Positions 63,537 through 64,000 of a stretch of DNA of 64,000 nucleotides are shown one piece after another (positions within the stretch are counted from its first letter, which is position 1; each line of letters opens with the position of its first letter). The stretch is from Octopus bimaculoides (lineage: Eukaryota). The notes under the pieces are model-generated. The model saw only the letters and a list, made by a program, of their open reading frames with translations. It did not search any database and was not told the DNA's origin. The stretch lies in assembly GCF_001194135.2 (NCBI RefSeq), contig NC_069000.1, positions 15,041,603 through 15,105,602 of the forward strand, given 5' to 3'. The position numbers and the translations under genes were made by a program.

Positions 63537-64000
63537 ACAATATTCAATACAAATATAAAATAAGAATAAAGTAAAAATAAAAATAAAAATAAAAATGAAA
63601 ATATAAAAATATAAGGCACATAAAAAAGCCTACAAACAGTATATAAAACCATATAAATAGTTATAAAAACTCCAATATACATGCCTATGCATGTATACAT
63701 AACCATACGTAGATATCTATGGATACAAAAGCATAGATAGATGAGTACATATGTGTGTCCAGATACACATACAGAGATAGCTGCACATGCACACCAAAGT
63801 AGTCAACAGTCACTGTCACCACATTTGAGGGGGACATACACATATATATCTATCCCCTCACACATGGATTATATATATATATATATATATATATAAAAGT
63901 ACTACGGTCGATTTGCTCGACTAAGCTCTTTAAGCCGGTTGCCCCGAGTGCAGTGGCTGAAACAAGTAAAAGATACATACAGCATAACAGAAAGACATAG

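Overview
This is an AT-rich, microsatellite- and SINE-dense animal genomic window with many N gaps. The repeat families look like those of an octopod cephalopod, but that is recognition and not a database result. Two protein-coding genes can be assembled by hand with consistent splice phases. On the + strand is a PPP1R16 (MYPT3/TIMAP-family) PP1 regulatory subunit: 8 exons from 15183 to 39914, 825 codons, ending in a CaaX box, with the N-terminal exon not found in the window. On the - strand, convergent with it, is FBXL8 (2 coding exons, 389 aa). The rest is retrotransposon and DNA-transposon debris: RTE-type LINEs, several tRNA-headed SINE families, mariner, Merlin/ISXO2, a Helentron-type end and MITEs. 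The most striking signals are three type I hammerhead ribozyme motifs with palindromic (dimer-type) stem III, as in Penelope-like elements and retrozymes. One has an intact core (63404-63536, -), one has a damaged stem II (36121-36164, -) and one lies behind a tRNA-like head (43346-43391, +). Also notable are a 575-bp foldback element with a 6-bp TSD and back-to-back telomeric repeats at its centre, and a 78-bp inverted duplication with a circularly permuted junction.
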